From NCBI GenBank assembly GCA_013265495.1, contig MU057796.1, positions 248,001 through 312,000 on the forward strand: 64,000 bases of DNA, read 5' to 3'. Position 1 is the first letter of the stretch, and the number at the start of each line of letters is the position of its first letter. Source of the stretch: Vicugna vicugna (taxonomy: Eukaryota). Shown piece by piece: positions 35,809 through 49,300 of this stretch. The position numbers were made by a program, and so were the translations under genes. The notes beneath the pieces were generated by a model. It was not told where the DNA came from. It did no database searches and was given only the letters and a program-made list of their open reading frames with translations.

Positions 35809-38800
35809 GACTAGGGTGGTTTGAAGGTATCAGAGTGAGAGAATATTGCTTCAATGGTCCATTTCACTACACTGATTGTTCTTTGTGGGACCAACTGTTT
35901 TCACTTAATTATTTCCATTGATTTGGATTTAAACTATTTCAAAATAAATGAAGCAATTTTCAGCTTGTTCATTTCTGATGGGTTGATAGCTGATGTGCTA
36001 TTGATGTAAAGTCTTTAGTGCTTTCTCTTCCCTCAATGTCCTTTGACTCTTAACTGCTTTGAAGTTAACTACTAACCTAAAAATAGCACTTGGTTTTGTC
36101 TGTGATGGAGGGAACAGCCTCATTCTTTCCATTGTTTTTAAACCAGAGGTAAAAATGAGGGCTTTCTCTACAACCCCGCCTTTCTGTTTGTGTCAAACCC
36201 TATGGAAACCTGGGATGCTATGATGGCCGGTGACAGGAGACAGCTTCTCGGAATGTGGTATCACAGTCTCCTGTCTTTAAGTGGTGACCCGTCCTCTTCG
36301 TTCTCTGTAGGTTTCTTTTCAAAACACCAGAATGAAATCATTCCTTTTCTCTCCAAGATGGAATCTCAGATATAGCAAAGTATTAGCGGCTTACATATTC
36401 ATCAGACTTTTTTTTTTTTTTTGAGATAAGGCTGCTTCTATGTCAAATACAAAAAGGCATTTTAATGCTATCTCTCTGACTTATTCTCTGGTGCCTTTCC
36501 CTTTACTTGTTCACATTATTCATAGCAATACCCCCTCTTCTTTCTTTCTAAATAGTGTGGCTTTGACACTGGACAGATCCTGGTGGAAATAATCAGGGAG
36601 GATTTCATAGAAATATTGCTTCTATGGCAATGTTTTAGTTCCCTTCCAAGCAGACTGAAGGAGAGCAGTGTATGCTGAGAATGTTTACCACTCTCCTTTA
36701 TCAAAATCCCCTCCACTGGAGTCCTCAAGAGATGAATCAGCGATAAAGTATTTTTTCCCCACCCATTTCAGCCATTGATAGGCCATTCACCGCTGAAGGA
36801 TGTTGATTATGATCTTGGCTGGAGAATAGAGCAGGAGGACGGAGGGGAGACATTCTCACCAGCATTACCCATTTTCCCTCTAATGAGATGCTGCCTTCAC
36901 AAACAGGCATCTCACGGGGGGCCTCAGTGCCCTCATTTGCTAGAAGTAATGCGAGCCACCCCTCTGACCTCTGTTATCTCTACACAAGGTATTTGATGCT
37001 CCACGGATAACAGTGCAGAATAGCTAGAAAAATGCCAGGGAGATCAGCTATTCAACAAACAGTTATCAAGTGCTTACCAAAAACCGGAGTAATGAGCACG
37101 GTGTCCAATGGTTCACATGCAAAGGGTGTGAGCTGCACCAGATTTACACCCATGGTTATTCTCAGCATAATTAAGTTCAAAAGGCCAGCAACAGTGAACA
37201 ATATTTTAAGGATCAGAGGTCAAGAGGATGTATACAGCATTTAAGTCAAAACCTTCTAATTTTGAGGTAATCTTATGAACTGTCATTGACGTGAAGGAGT
37301 CAGAACCCGCTGGTGTGATGCGATCCTCTCTCCCTTTCAACTACTGTAAAAGTCACCTCTCTCTAAATCCCCCTCTCCTGGCCTCCCAAACAAAGGTGTT
37401 TTACCTTTGTTCTTCTAATATTTAATGAGCGCTAATTGCCTACCTGGCTTAAACATTCTGACATTTCCAGGAAGTAGTTACCATTGTTAGTGCTCTCAGC
37501 GCACAGGTAAGAGAAAGTGATTTGGACAGTTAACAACTTGCCAAGACAGGGTCACACAGAGAGCAGTAAGTGGTGGCCCTAAACTTTGAACCCTTGTGGC
37601 TTAACTTCAGACTCAGTTGTGTCTGCTCTACGTGGCAGGCTGGCTTACTCTGCCCAACTGGAGACATGAATCAGTGTTTGATGGACAGCTTGCTTCCTGG
37701 ACCACTGGGCCATTATCACTATGGGGACATAAACATAGGAAGAGTAATGTCCCTCCCCTCATGGATTGTTGAAAGTCACCCTACCTACTAGAGTCAATGG
37801 ATATTTCTTTAGTTTTTAATGCAAAGAACTGAGGCCTGACTTACAGGAAGAAGTTGTGAAACTAGAATCAAAGTCAAAATTTGGGGAAAACACTACATTC
37901 TTTTCAAAAACAAAGTACATCATTAATAAATTAGGGATACTTCTATTTATTCACAAGCTCATGTTTAACATTAGGTAGAAGAGGAATACGGAGGCTCCAA
38001 CAGGAGCCTGGCTTCTTTGCTATTCCCATCTCTAAGAGAGAGTGTGCAGTTGCTTTCTTCTCCACTTCCCCAGATGCCTTTCCAGTGGTTTCAGCATTTT
38101 GTTTTCTGGGAATTGTACTGGAAATGCCTATTGCTTCTTACATGTGTTTGTTTCCCGATGACGTTTAAGTTAAATGATTTTTTTTTTCTTTTTTGGTCCC
38201 TAGATAAACCTTTATTATGTTTAGAGAAAATTGAAGGCCCCTATTGCTAAAAATAAGAGGGATGAATCGATAGTTAAACGTATTAAATAAAAACATTGTA
38301 CTTGGCTGCATGTGAGAATAGCAAAACATAAGAAGTACCATTATAATATATTCCACTTCCCTTAATTTGACACTAAACTGCTTGCTTTCCTTTATACATA
38401 GTCAACATCAGCTCACCAGAAGGTTGGTCGTTAAGAAACAAGCTGTTAAATATTAAAGCTGTATGAATGTTTTTGGTATGGTTGTGTTCTAAATATATGC
38501 CATTAAGATACTGTTCTGCAAAGATATTTAATTACTGACATCTAATCATGTTACTGCTGTTTCTTTAACCAAGCAAAAATATGAAGTGCTGGAAAGAAAA
38601 CAGTTTCATTTTAAACAACAACATTTTATTAATCTCAGCAATAAAACTAAGCTCAAATCTCCAAATGAAATTATTCCATTTTTAAAGATAACACTTTTCA
38701 GCGTGGTAATCCTTGTGTACTGCTGAGATAGATGGCTATACTTAATGTGTTAGAACATTCCCACAAATAATGCGCACCATAAAAGTTAATTATGCTTGTT

Positions 38801-38944
38801 TATTACATCAAAATAAAATCTAAACTGTGAAATTCACAAGGAGAATTATTTCATAGTCAACTATGGAGCACTATTATAGATGTTTATGACAATAACGTTT
38901 TTAATGCCAGAGACAATTTGGAAAGATGTTAAGGCAATAATCCG

Positions 38945-39180
38945 ATAATAATGATATCTTTCACTTATATAGAGTTTGCATGAATTCATCAACATTACAT
39001 CATTTTATTGTAACAGCAGTGCCATGAATTAAGTGAGGAATATATTGTTATAATGACTTTACATAAGGAGAAATTGAGGCTAGGGAAATGTATGTGACTT
39101 GTAGTTCACACAGCAAGTTCATGGCAAAACTGGAATTATGACCCAAGACTCTTAATTTCAATTCCTGAGTATTAGAAACT
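38945..39180 (-). mobile_element. MIR SINE
   Basis: TTTACATAAGGAGAAATTGAGGCTAGGGAA...TTCACACAGCAAGTTCATGGCAAAACTGGAAT. Confidence 0.65.
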
Positions 39181-39944
39181 AGGTTAAATGTTAATAGTTT
39201 TATAATAGTGGTTACTAATGTACTTTTTTGCCAGGTCAATGTTACTTTTTTTTTTAATTAAAGGGGTATTATTTAAAGTGATATGACAAAAATGACTTGA
39301 CCAATAAATATTTTCTTTCAGATATATGAACAAAAAGTTCTAACTTCATGCAAATAGCACACATTGTGGCTTTTGTTTTTGCTTTGTTTTATTTTTTTAA
39401 AACTAGAAAAACATCTTTGTTAAAACATAGCATTTTAGAAAAAAAATTTTTTTACTTCCTGACTTTTCTTCTCATCCTTATTCTGCTTCTTCTTGCAAAA
39501 ACATTAATTTTTATCAGAATTGAGTGGCTGTTTTTCCCTGTTGTCTGTGAATGCATTCTGAAGAGGCAAGGAGGAAGCAGAAACAATGCATCTTAAAAGC
39601 TGAAATAATTTTCTAAGGGTGCCAGTGTTAAGCATTGGTAAGACAATTCAATCCACGTTCATAAGGTTGGAGTTAGGAAATCTGAAGTTTGATTATTGGA
39701 TAAGAAATTAGATACACCACTATTTTATCTCAGCTATCATTAATATATTCAAAATATATCAACCGACCAACTTTATAACTTCATGACTCGAATGTCAGCG
39801 TACTAATCTAAAAGGTGGAGGGAACCCAGCCAAGTAGCTGGGCATTTGACTACCATGATAGTTGAATAGGTGAATTCAGCTTTCAAAATGCATACTCCGA
39901 CTTATTTGAAACAAAATTCTGATTTAATCTCTCATTATCTAGAC

Positions 39945-40151
39945 CAGAAGTCAGCAAACATTTTGTATAAAGGGTCAAATGCTAAATAGTTTAGGCTTGC
40001 AGGGCAGATAGTCTCTGTAGCAATACTCAACTCTGCCACTGACACACAAAAGTGGCCTTAGCCAATATGTCAACAAGTGGACATAACTGTGCTCCAATAA
40101 AACTTTATTTACAAAAACATCTGGCCATGAGCTATAGCTTGCCAACCCCTG
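39945..40151 (+). mobile_element. MER58A (hAT-Charlie)
   Basis: TIRs CAGAAGTCAGCAAAC and GCTTGCCAACCCCTG; internal CCAATAAAACTTTATTTACAAAAACA. Perfect 8-bp TSD ATCTAGAC at 39937-39944 and 40152-40159. Confidence 0.93.
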
Positions 40152-40546
40152 ATCTAGACCTGTTGGATTTTGTTGTTCTGTGATTGTCTATGAGGCATTA
40201 TGCCAAAATGCTGAATTTGATTGAGTTTTCCAATGATTTGTTTTGCCATCCATGTAGATGCAAAAATTTGTTTATTATATTTTCTTGTCAAATAATAGCC
40301 TTACAGTTGAATCATCCTTACTCTTTCCCTACCTGGTTTTCTTTTCTACAAACATTTGATTCAATTTACTGAACAATCACTAAGTAACAAACAAAATTCT
40401 AGACACTGGAGAAGAAAACTTAAAGACCCAAGGTATCTTCTGGGAGACAATAGGCTGTTAGGGTGATTTTTATAAACAAAATGCACTGGAATGTTATGCA
40501 GCTAACATGGATATTTGGAACCGGACAGTGGGGCTTCAAAAAGAGG

Positions 40547-41008
40547 TGCTGTAGGCAGAATAACTGCCCCCCAAAGATGTCTATGTCCTAACCTCCAGAA
40601 CCTGTGAATAGGTTACCTTACATGTGAAAGGATCTTTGCAGATGTGATCAAATTAAGAATCTTGAGATGGGGAGATTTTCCTGGAATACCCAGGTGGACC
40701 CCATGTAATCAGAAAAGGTCCTAATAAGAAGCAGGAGAGTCAGGTGTTGGAGAGAAGGAGGAAAATGTGAAGGAAACAGACAGCAGAGTGATTTGGGGGA
40801 GGGGTCATGAGCCAGGAAATGCAGGCAGCCTCGATGGAAAAAGGAAGGAAAGGAATTCTCCCCTCCCCACTTCCAGAAGGAGCACAGTCTTGCTGACACC
40901 TTGATTTTTAGGACTTCTGACCTCCAAAGCTGTAAGATAGTAAGTTTGGGTTCTCTTAAGTCACTCCGTCTATGGTAATTTGTTATTGCAGCAGTAGGAA
41001 ACTCACAG
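40547..41008 (+). mobile_element. MaLR solo LTR (MLT1D/C-like) within minus-strand L2 remnants
   Basis: GTAGGCAGAATAACTGCCCCCCAAAGATGTC...TTTGCAGATGTGAT...GGTAATTTGTTATTGCAGCAGTAGGAAACTCACA. Confidence 0.88.
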
Positions 41009-43829
41009 AAGGAAGGAATTAATTCCTCTGCAGTGGAAAGGCTGTGGAAAGGATGCTGGAGAGGTGGTTCCTGAACTGGGTTTTAAAAGTTATTAGTATT
41101 AGTATTTGGAAAGCAAGAGGAAGTTGGGGAAAGAAAGGCCATTCCAGGCAGAGAGAGCAGTGCGGGAACAGACTCAGAGACTCAGAAGAGCTTGCTGCAT
41201 GTGGGCAATTCTGAGAGCTTTGCTAGCTCAACATGGGGGTTCTGTTGAAGCAGGGCTATGGAGAGCGATTGAGGTGGAATGTGGGTGGAGGAGAAGAGGA
41301 TACACTAGTAAGCGGTCATGATGACAAAGCCTCATTTGTTCCAAAGTCCTCAAGGTCATGACTGGAGGAGGCACTAACTGAGAACCTCTGCTCACTGTTC
41401 CTGAAATTTGGTAGCTAGAGGCTGCCACTGTGTCCCTCAGTTTTCCCATCTTGGACGTCCTTCAGTGTCGTTTGCCGCAGCAGGAATGGGGAGAAATGTA
41501 CAAAAAATGTATTCTGATGGTAGTTTATCTAATAAACTCTTTTGGACCAGAAGATAAAATCTGGAAGCCTGTCCTGAAAGAAAATATAGCCAGATGCCAG
41601 GCAAAGATGTGCACAGCTGAACTGCTACTGTTACTCAAAGCAGATCACTCCCCCTAAAGCAGAGACGGCGAAAAGGGGTTGGTGTTTTTATTCCAGTACA
41701 TGATCAGGTATTTGCTAAAAATAACTATGTTCCTTACACTGTGCTCATATATGGGATATATCCCACCACCAACAGAAAAATGCAGCCTGGAGTTTTGCAT
41801 TTGCATTTGCTGCAATGGCACACACATTTGCAAATGTGTTGAGATTAGCTTGTTTTCAGAGATAGTCCTCCCTGATCATTGGTCGTTTCTGTTATAAAAC
41901 ATGTGTTAAACAAAGTCTAATTGATCACTTGAGAACTGACTTTGCTCTGATTATCCTGTTTAGGGAATGTAACTGGATTTGATCTTTTGCATTTCAAACC
42001 ACTGACCTGGTCCCAGGAGAAAACTTTTCAAGGGGGAACAGCTCTGATTTAGGCAGATACCATCAAAATAGAAGGAGGGAGAACCAGATAATGTATTTGT
42101 GTCTAGCTCAGACATATGCTCACATCTCCTCTATAAGGGTGGAGTTCTGCTTCCCAAGGTTTGTTCTAGGATGCTGCATTTGGGTGTAAATTACTTGAAG
42201 CTAAGAATCATATCTAGTCTTCATTGTTGCATCTTCCACAATCTCTAATACAATATCTGACACTAGGTGTTTAAGAAAATGAATGAATGAAGAAGTGCAT
42301 TCAGAATAAATGTAGAGTTGGAATTAAGAACTATGCATCTTCGCCTTATTATTGATAGCCATGTTTTCTTATCTTTCCCAAATTATCTGGTTGAATGGGA
42401 TTTCTTTTTTCCACTTGCGTACTTCCTTGTTAAAAGACTAGCACCCTCTTTTCTAGGGACCAGTGAGAAAAGAAAAAGATCAATCAGATTCACACCAGGT
42501 TCATAGGGCTTTAAACAAGAATTCAATCTGATCCTGGCCAACTATTGAAATTCTCTCCATCCATGTCTGTGCTGTATGGGAGGATATCATATTGCTGAAC
42601 TTGTAATAAGATTCAGTCATTCTGATAAATATAAATTATTTATCACTTACTTCTCATTTTATGGCCTTGATGGTATTTGGAATTATATTACCCGGCATCA
42701 TAATGCTCCCTTTGCCACTTCTCACAGTATTGAGCCCCTCTGCTAAAGGGACAAGTTGCAAATGCAGCATAAGAGTGACAGGCTTTCTAACAGATAGATG
42801 ACGTGATTGGATAATTTAATCCCAGCCACTTACTGCATGGGAGCCTTTAGGAAGGAGAGAATCACATTAGCTATTTCTCCCCTTCAAGGATGTAAGCAAA
42901 GGGACATTAGTCTTCTATGACTGAGGTATTGGCTTGATTGCGCAGCTCCCTTCTCCAGGAGAGGGGGACGTAGCATGAGCTATGTGGGTTGTTAGTCTCC
43001 CATAGCAGCTTGATGAGGGGCCTTCAGATAGTTCAAATCAGAGACTGTCTGGGAAGAGGTCCCCTGGCAGATAGCTGAGCATCTAATTCCACGGGGAGAA
43101 ATATGAGTGCACTAGGAGACTGGAGATCAATGTCTCATGGCTTGTTGAGGTTATTAACTCAAACACCCTCACCATTGACCTCCAGAGCCCAACAGCACTA
43201 TTCCTGGAAGTGAACAGAATTGAGCAGAAACCAGAAATAAAAGCAGAGAGAAAGGGGTGGGGGTTATCTGATTATATAAGACTCTTAGAGCAAGAGCCCT
43301 TCACTGCTGACACCTTAGGAGATACATGCATGTAAACTGAAGCAATCCTGGACCTGGGATTTGGCAAGGTGTTCACCGTTCTTCTAAAGCAAGGCAAACA
43401 GAGTCAGGGTTCAAGAAGATCACTGAGCCAGGGATAGGGAAGAGCAGCCATGAGAGTTAGGCAGCTGGTGATTCAGGAAGATGGTATGGTCTTGGGAACA
43501 TCAAAGATGTACGTGCTGATAGAATCAAGAATACATTAATTAGAAAGGAGGTTCTGGCCAAAAGACATGAAAAATGAAATAATCAATATGTCAAGGGGAA
43601 CTTGTTCGCAGTGATGGATGTAACATCTGGTAGGTGGTGACCTCCTGTAAAGAAGTCAATATTGATAGAGCCAGTTGGTCATTTGGGGATGTTTAAAAAG
43701 GGGGATAGGGTCAGCACGTGTGCCCTCTCTAAATGAAAAGACTGCAATGCTTCAGAGAAGTCAGTGAAATGTTAATATGGGGTGGATTTCATTGGTAAGC
43801 AATCTTGGGATTTATTTAAACTGAAACGT

Positions 43830-44065
43830 ATTCATTCCTCCTTGGCACAATTATGCTTCCCTTTCACTCCCCATAATACTTTTTACTTTACTCTGTGTTC
43901 TCATAGCAGGAGGAAATCACCAAAGCACCTCTCATAATTGTCTCTTAATAAAATATAAACTCTATAAGCGCAAAGTTTGGGGTTGGGATTTTTTCCCGCC
44001 ATATCCCCAGTGCCTAGAATGGGGTATGGCACTCTGTATGTGCTCCATGCATATTTACTGAATGT
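43830..44065 (+). mobile_element. L2 3' end
   Basis: ATATCCCCAGTGCCTAGAAT...TGGCAC...GTGCTCCATGCATATTTACTGAATG. Confidence 0.65.
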
Positions 44066-44849
44066 CTAGATTCTCCCTTTTCCCCCCTTTCTTTTCCTAG
44101 TTGCTTTCTGCTCACTCTCCAGCTTCAACTTGCAGCCAATACCCTAAGCTACCTAAGATAAAGCGAATAGTAGAAACCTTTCTATGGAGCTGAAAGCATC
44201 TCAGATGTATCCACTCTCCCTTCCAAACAATATCAAGAGGGAGCAAACAATCTGGAGTAGTTCTGAGTCATTATTTAGTCTAAGCTTGATTACCTTCACA
44301 ACCGGGAGCTCACTTCCATTCTGAATTCTCCATTGCATTTTTTGGGAGATATTTAACTATTTCTTTGTATTTTCTTATCATTAACGTAATATGCCTCCTT
44401 ACAACTATCTCAGAATCATGATTTTTTTGCCCAGTACCAACAGAGTAATTCTACAGACATTCCATTATTTGAAGAAAGACAAGTATTTCCCCCCTCACCT
44501 CAAGCTGTCAAATGGAGCAGACATTAATTTCTAGACTCCTCACCATTTTAGCAATCCCCCTTTGGCTGCATGGTAATTGGAGGATTTCTCCTCTTAAAAT
44601 GTTATGCCCAGAAACAAATCTGTCCCAAGAAAACATAGTTGGACCAGCACAGAATAGAGTAAAACTATTCTCTTCCAAAAACTAAAAATAAATGCACATA
44701 GAAGAGTAGCAGTAACAGCGTTAAACTAACAGCATTTTGCTGTTGAACAAAACTTGTTTCAATAATCACCTCCTGAAACAGTCCTGGCTTTCTTTTCTTT
44801 TCACTCATGTTTGCGTCAATTCCATGCTTTTGCTTGTTTTTGGTTCTCA

Positions 44850-45350
44850 TTTCAGCCTGTCGGGGTTACTTTGTGGCTTGATCATTATCCTTTTCCAGGC
44901 ATCTATTCCTTCCATATTTTGCATCATCTGCATATTTGTAAGCATGCTTACTTGGTTTCCATTCAAGTTATCGGTAACAAGATTGAACAAGACAAAGCCA
45001 GAGAGCAAGCATTTCGTCTTTCACTAGAAACTTTGTTTCAGGCGTTTGTGGCTGCTAATGCACCTTCTTCAGGAGGGTTCTATTTTCTCTGTGCAGTAGA
45101 TCCATATTGCAGCTAACATTAACCATCTTATCCACAAGGATATTGCGAGATACCCGATCTTACTGAAATTGTGACATAGGTCTGAATGATACACTCTTTG
45201 TCTACAATTGTAGTGACCCATCAAGAAAGAAGAAGTACAAACCACTTGCCTCTTACTGTGAAAGAGAAGGGTTGTGCTATCAGTAGGAAATTGGTCGTCT
45301 TCTGAGCCAGGCAGGAACATATATGGGATCCTGAAAATTATGTCATCAGT
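44850..45350 (-). mobile_element. CR1/L3 LINE RT fragment
   Basis: GCATCATCTGCATATTTGTAAGCATGC is the reverse complement of a YADDA-like RT motif. It is followed by TTCAAGTTATCGGTAACAAGATTGAACAAGACA, typical of L3. Confidence 0.65.
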
Positions 45351-45377
45351 CATTTATTTCAGGCTTACTCAGTAAAC

Positions 45378-45570
45378 AAGTGTTCTTAAACTACCTGGAA
45401 TTCACAACCACCTAGGTGGGGGAGCTTGTTAAAAAGCAGAATCCTGGACCCCAACGCCAGAGTTCCTGATTTAGTGGGCTAGGGTAAAGTCAGGGAAGTT
45501 GTGCTTTCACTGAGGTTTCTTAGAAGGTTCGGATGCACATGGGTGACAGACCACACGTGGACAGAGTGTC
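45378..45570. mobile_element. MER5A (hAT-Charlie)
   Basis: GGAGCTTGTTAAAAAGCAGAATCCTGGACCCCA...AGAGTTCCTGATTTAGTGGG. Similar fragments occur at ~20600-20690, ~31100-31235 and ~56255-56340. Confidence 0.75.
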
Positions 45571-46029
45571 ATACTTAGTCCATGGAGAGGGTCAGTCTTG
45601 GCTCTCATTCACTAGCCCCCTACTCCATCATGAACCCTCCCTGCTAGAACCCTGGGCATCATTTGCTTGAGACTGTTACATTGCTTCCTAGACATTTAAA
45701 TTGACCCATCCTGGGATACATTCACTTGAAGCCTAACTTCCTAATCTAAATGTGGTTACACATTGAATATTAATGTTGATCCCAAATATGTCGCTTGATC
45801 TTGGTTGCAGCATCTCACCAGGCTTGGTATGGCATGTTTTAGGGTAAGTTAAACTTTGTATGATCTGTAAGCAATACCATTATACGGTAGCCTTTTCTGC
45901 ATTTATTTAATGCCAGACCCAAGCATTTGGCCTGTGAGTCTGGTGACAGTAATACCATTTATTGCACAATTGCTGTGGGCCAGTTACCTTATGTTTATTA
46001 TTCTATGTAATCATCATATAAAGACTAGA

Positions 46030-46340
46030 TCCAGAACTGGTAGGCCTGACATTTATGCAAGTTGAGGAGCTCTGTATAAGAAAAGGAGTAAAAAGTAGAC
46101 ATACAGTATTAGATAGAGGGCGCTGAAGACACCCATACAAATGAACTATGCTGGATGTGAATCTTCAATAGCTCCACTGCAATGCCACCTAGATCTTTGA
46201 CAATACTGAAATATATGCGCATCACCCTGGTACCAATGAAGAAACGGACTTAGCAAGCTTGAACACCTTGTCAGGGATCACACAGCCAAATATGGGAGAA
46301 CTGGGATTTGAACCCAGTTCTGCTTCACTTTGAAGATGAC
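46030..46340. mobile_element. MER63-like hAT fragment (~46030-46190) followed by MIR (~46200-46340, minus)
   Basis: GGCCTGACATTTATGCAAGTTGAGGAGCTCTGTATAAGAAAAGGAGTAAAAA; MIR GATCACACAGCC...GGGATTTGAACCCAG. Confidence 0.5.
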
Positions 46341-49300
46341 ACCCCCAACCTAACAATGGACCTCTTCAAATGAGATGCGCCCATGCCTCCCAGCTGCTCT
46401 TGGTTTGGGTGACATCTTGTTTTAGGATGTCCCTGCACACCCTGAACTGAGGCCAAGGAAGAATGAAGACACTGGACTTGAGATAGGACATTTAATTAAT
46501 GTGGAAGACAGAAAGCTCAGTGATGAGGTTTATAAGTGCGTATGTTCTGCCTCAGTCCCTCTCATCAGTTTATGTTGTTTTCATGAAGTAGAACAAAAAT
46601 TGAACTTTACTAGTTAAGGATATTTAATGTAAAATCTTGACAAAAAGATGGTTAATAAGTGGGAGAAGTGGGTAGTTAATTGTTTGAGAAACTATTACAT
46701 GCCAAGTGTATATTCCTCACCACAGACCCATGGGATAGACACACAAACCTCAATTTCCTCAAGGACTGAGGAAACTGAGACTCCGACATTAAACAGATAG
46801 GTTAAATCTTTACTACAATCACAGTAAAGAAGAGGCTGCTATTTATTTTAAGTGGCAGCAGTTTAAAATAAAGGAACTTTCTACAAAACGTTGTGTCAAA
46901 TCCACATTTATTTTAACACAAAATAATTTAACACAAGGTAGTGGTTTCTTGAAAAAGGAAAAAAAAGATGAGGTTTATTTTCACAGATATGAAATATGAT
47001 TTATCCTATATGGTAGAGCATCATTGCAATTCTTTAATTGCTGTCTACTTAAAGGGTTAGTGAAAAAGAGTTTGAAGGACCTATTAACACCCTGTATGAA
47101 AATGTGACAGAAAAGTTAAGAATAGACCTTCCAACTTCTAATTGTGAAATTGTTCTGTGTTTGGGTTCAGTGCGATTTTCAGCAAGCTCATTAAAAGTCC
47201 TGTAAGGGACCATCTTTCTACCCAGAACTGATTGCAGGCAGCCCCCCTGAGAAGCAGTCTGACTGCTAAGCCACATCATTCCTGTCATGTGGGGCTAGAT
47301 GTCAGCCTCTGACCTTACAAAGGTGGGAACTTTCCGTGAAGGCTTAGAAAATATTTCTCTCCCTTGATTATCTATAGAGGACTGTCCCTAGATTGTTCTC
47401 AGCACCAAAGGAAAGTCAGGGTTGTGAATGCATGCTTTGAGTGTGCAGAATAATAAGGAAGAGTTTGTAAGTGCTCCACAATAGGCAATAATGAGAATGC
47501 ATACATTAACTTCTGCCCAGAATGATTTTATCCCAGCTTTGTGTGGTGCAAACATGCCAACTTCATACCAGGGCAGGAAAGTAGATTCTTCTTGCTTGGC
47601 CCACAGGGCATTTGTTATACTATAGAGGCTACACAATACGGGTATATATTTACTTTTATGCTTTTCCCCTCGTCTATATTTTAATGACTAATTCTTTCCA
47701 GAGAAGGTCTCAAACAAAAGTTGCAAATCTAGTTGAAGGCAGTATAGTAGAAAAAATTAGACAGTAGAAAAAAAATAAATAATTCCTCCTTTAATAGTTG
47801 TAGTTGCTCCAAAAGAATTGTAAAATCTAGCAGGTTACAATTAGAGTAGGGTTTTGAATTAGGCTTACACTACTTAAACATTGCCATGGAATCATGTTTC
47901 CTGGATTTTCCTCCGTCTACTGCATTGCTGGCAAAGAGATTTTGTGATTCAGTCCAGTTGTATTTCTGCAGGTATCAGTCAGTGCCCTTTCCTGGGGCTG
48001 AGTGGGTCTTATTCACAGACAGCTGACCCAGACCACCTGAGCAGAGGCAGCTGGGCTGCGGCAGCAGTTGGCATGATTTCCCCACTCAGTTTCCAACCAT
48101 ATGCCTGATTCCACATTCTGGCACTTGGCCCTACGTGAGTGTTCATGAGTGTGTGTGCTTGTGTGTGTGTGTGTGTGTGTGCGTGCATGTAGGAGCAGTC
48201 TAAGCGGCAGCAGCAGCCTACTCCAATGAGGCAGCCCTTCAGAGATAAACTGATTTGCTTCCTCCGTGGCGCTGTGGATTTTACCTTGCCCCTCTGTATG
48301 GTGAGCGCCTCTGATTATTGCCATGGTGATCAATTTGTCCCCTGGGAACCAGCCAGAGACCATCACACTGATTCTATGCAGGCCATTAGATAATGCTGAG
48401 AATCTTGGAGAGAATTGCATTTTTGTATGAAAGGAATCCCTGTGGACAACCAGCGCTAGGTTTAATTGGACTGTATAGTTAATAGTGGCGGAGAGGGGAC
48501 AAAGGGTCTGCAGGAATTGTCATAGAAGTGACCTGATGGATGGGTTAGTCATATTCTGCTCCATTGTCCTTTTCCTGCCTTTTTAGATATTTAGCAGGAA
48601 GGAGGTGAATCTCAGTGTTTTATGCCAAGAGCTATAGGCTCATTGCAAGTAATGGATTTGCAGATAACGAATAGTTGGGAAATTTTTAGAGTGCAGCATG
48701 TATGTAGGCCTTCATCGACAGAACACCTGAGAAGTAATTGTTGCTTCTTAGAGACCAATTATTGGACATCAGCCCAGCTGGAGAGGACATTCCCTCCCTC
48801 CTCAGTTCTGGCTGAGATTCTGCCATAGAGAACAGACCGTTCATGAGGATTATTCGGGACCTTAGGAGCCTCGCCCCATCTTTGCAGACATTACCTAATC
48901 AACCCTGTTCTGATACCAGAAAGGCCACTGTGGGTGTGACTGCCACTGCCCTCTGGGAGCATCTAAAACAGTCTTCAAACTGTGATATCAGGGTGTGCAC
49001 TTAAGCTGTTACTGAGAGTTTAGGTGGATTCATACGCTTGACTGATTGATTTCGCTGCCTTTGGGTGGATGCTCTTCTCTGTGGCACCTATCGGTCCTGA
49101 AGGAAGAGTTGCCAGTGACTTGCCCTGAGTGGTCACACAATCAGAGGAGGGGGTAAGGCTAATATTAAAGTCTTTTGGCTTCAACCAAATGGACTTGATG
49201 GTCACAGGGTCACATTTGCCTTGGTTGCCACTCTGTTCAGATTTTCCAATTTCAATGTGGATTGGGTTAGTCTTTTTTTCAATGATGAGAATGTGTAATG

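Noticed and set aside
36232..36275. Pre-miRNA hairpin
   Set aside because: A 10-bp stem with a 24-nt loop is too short for a Drosha substrate.
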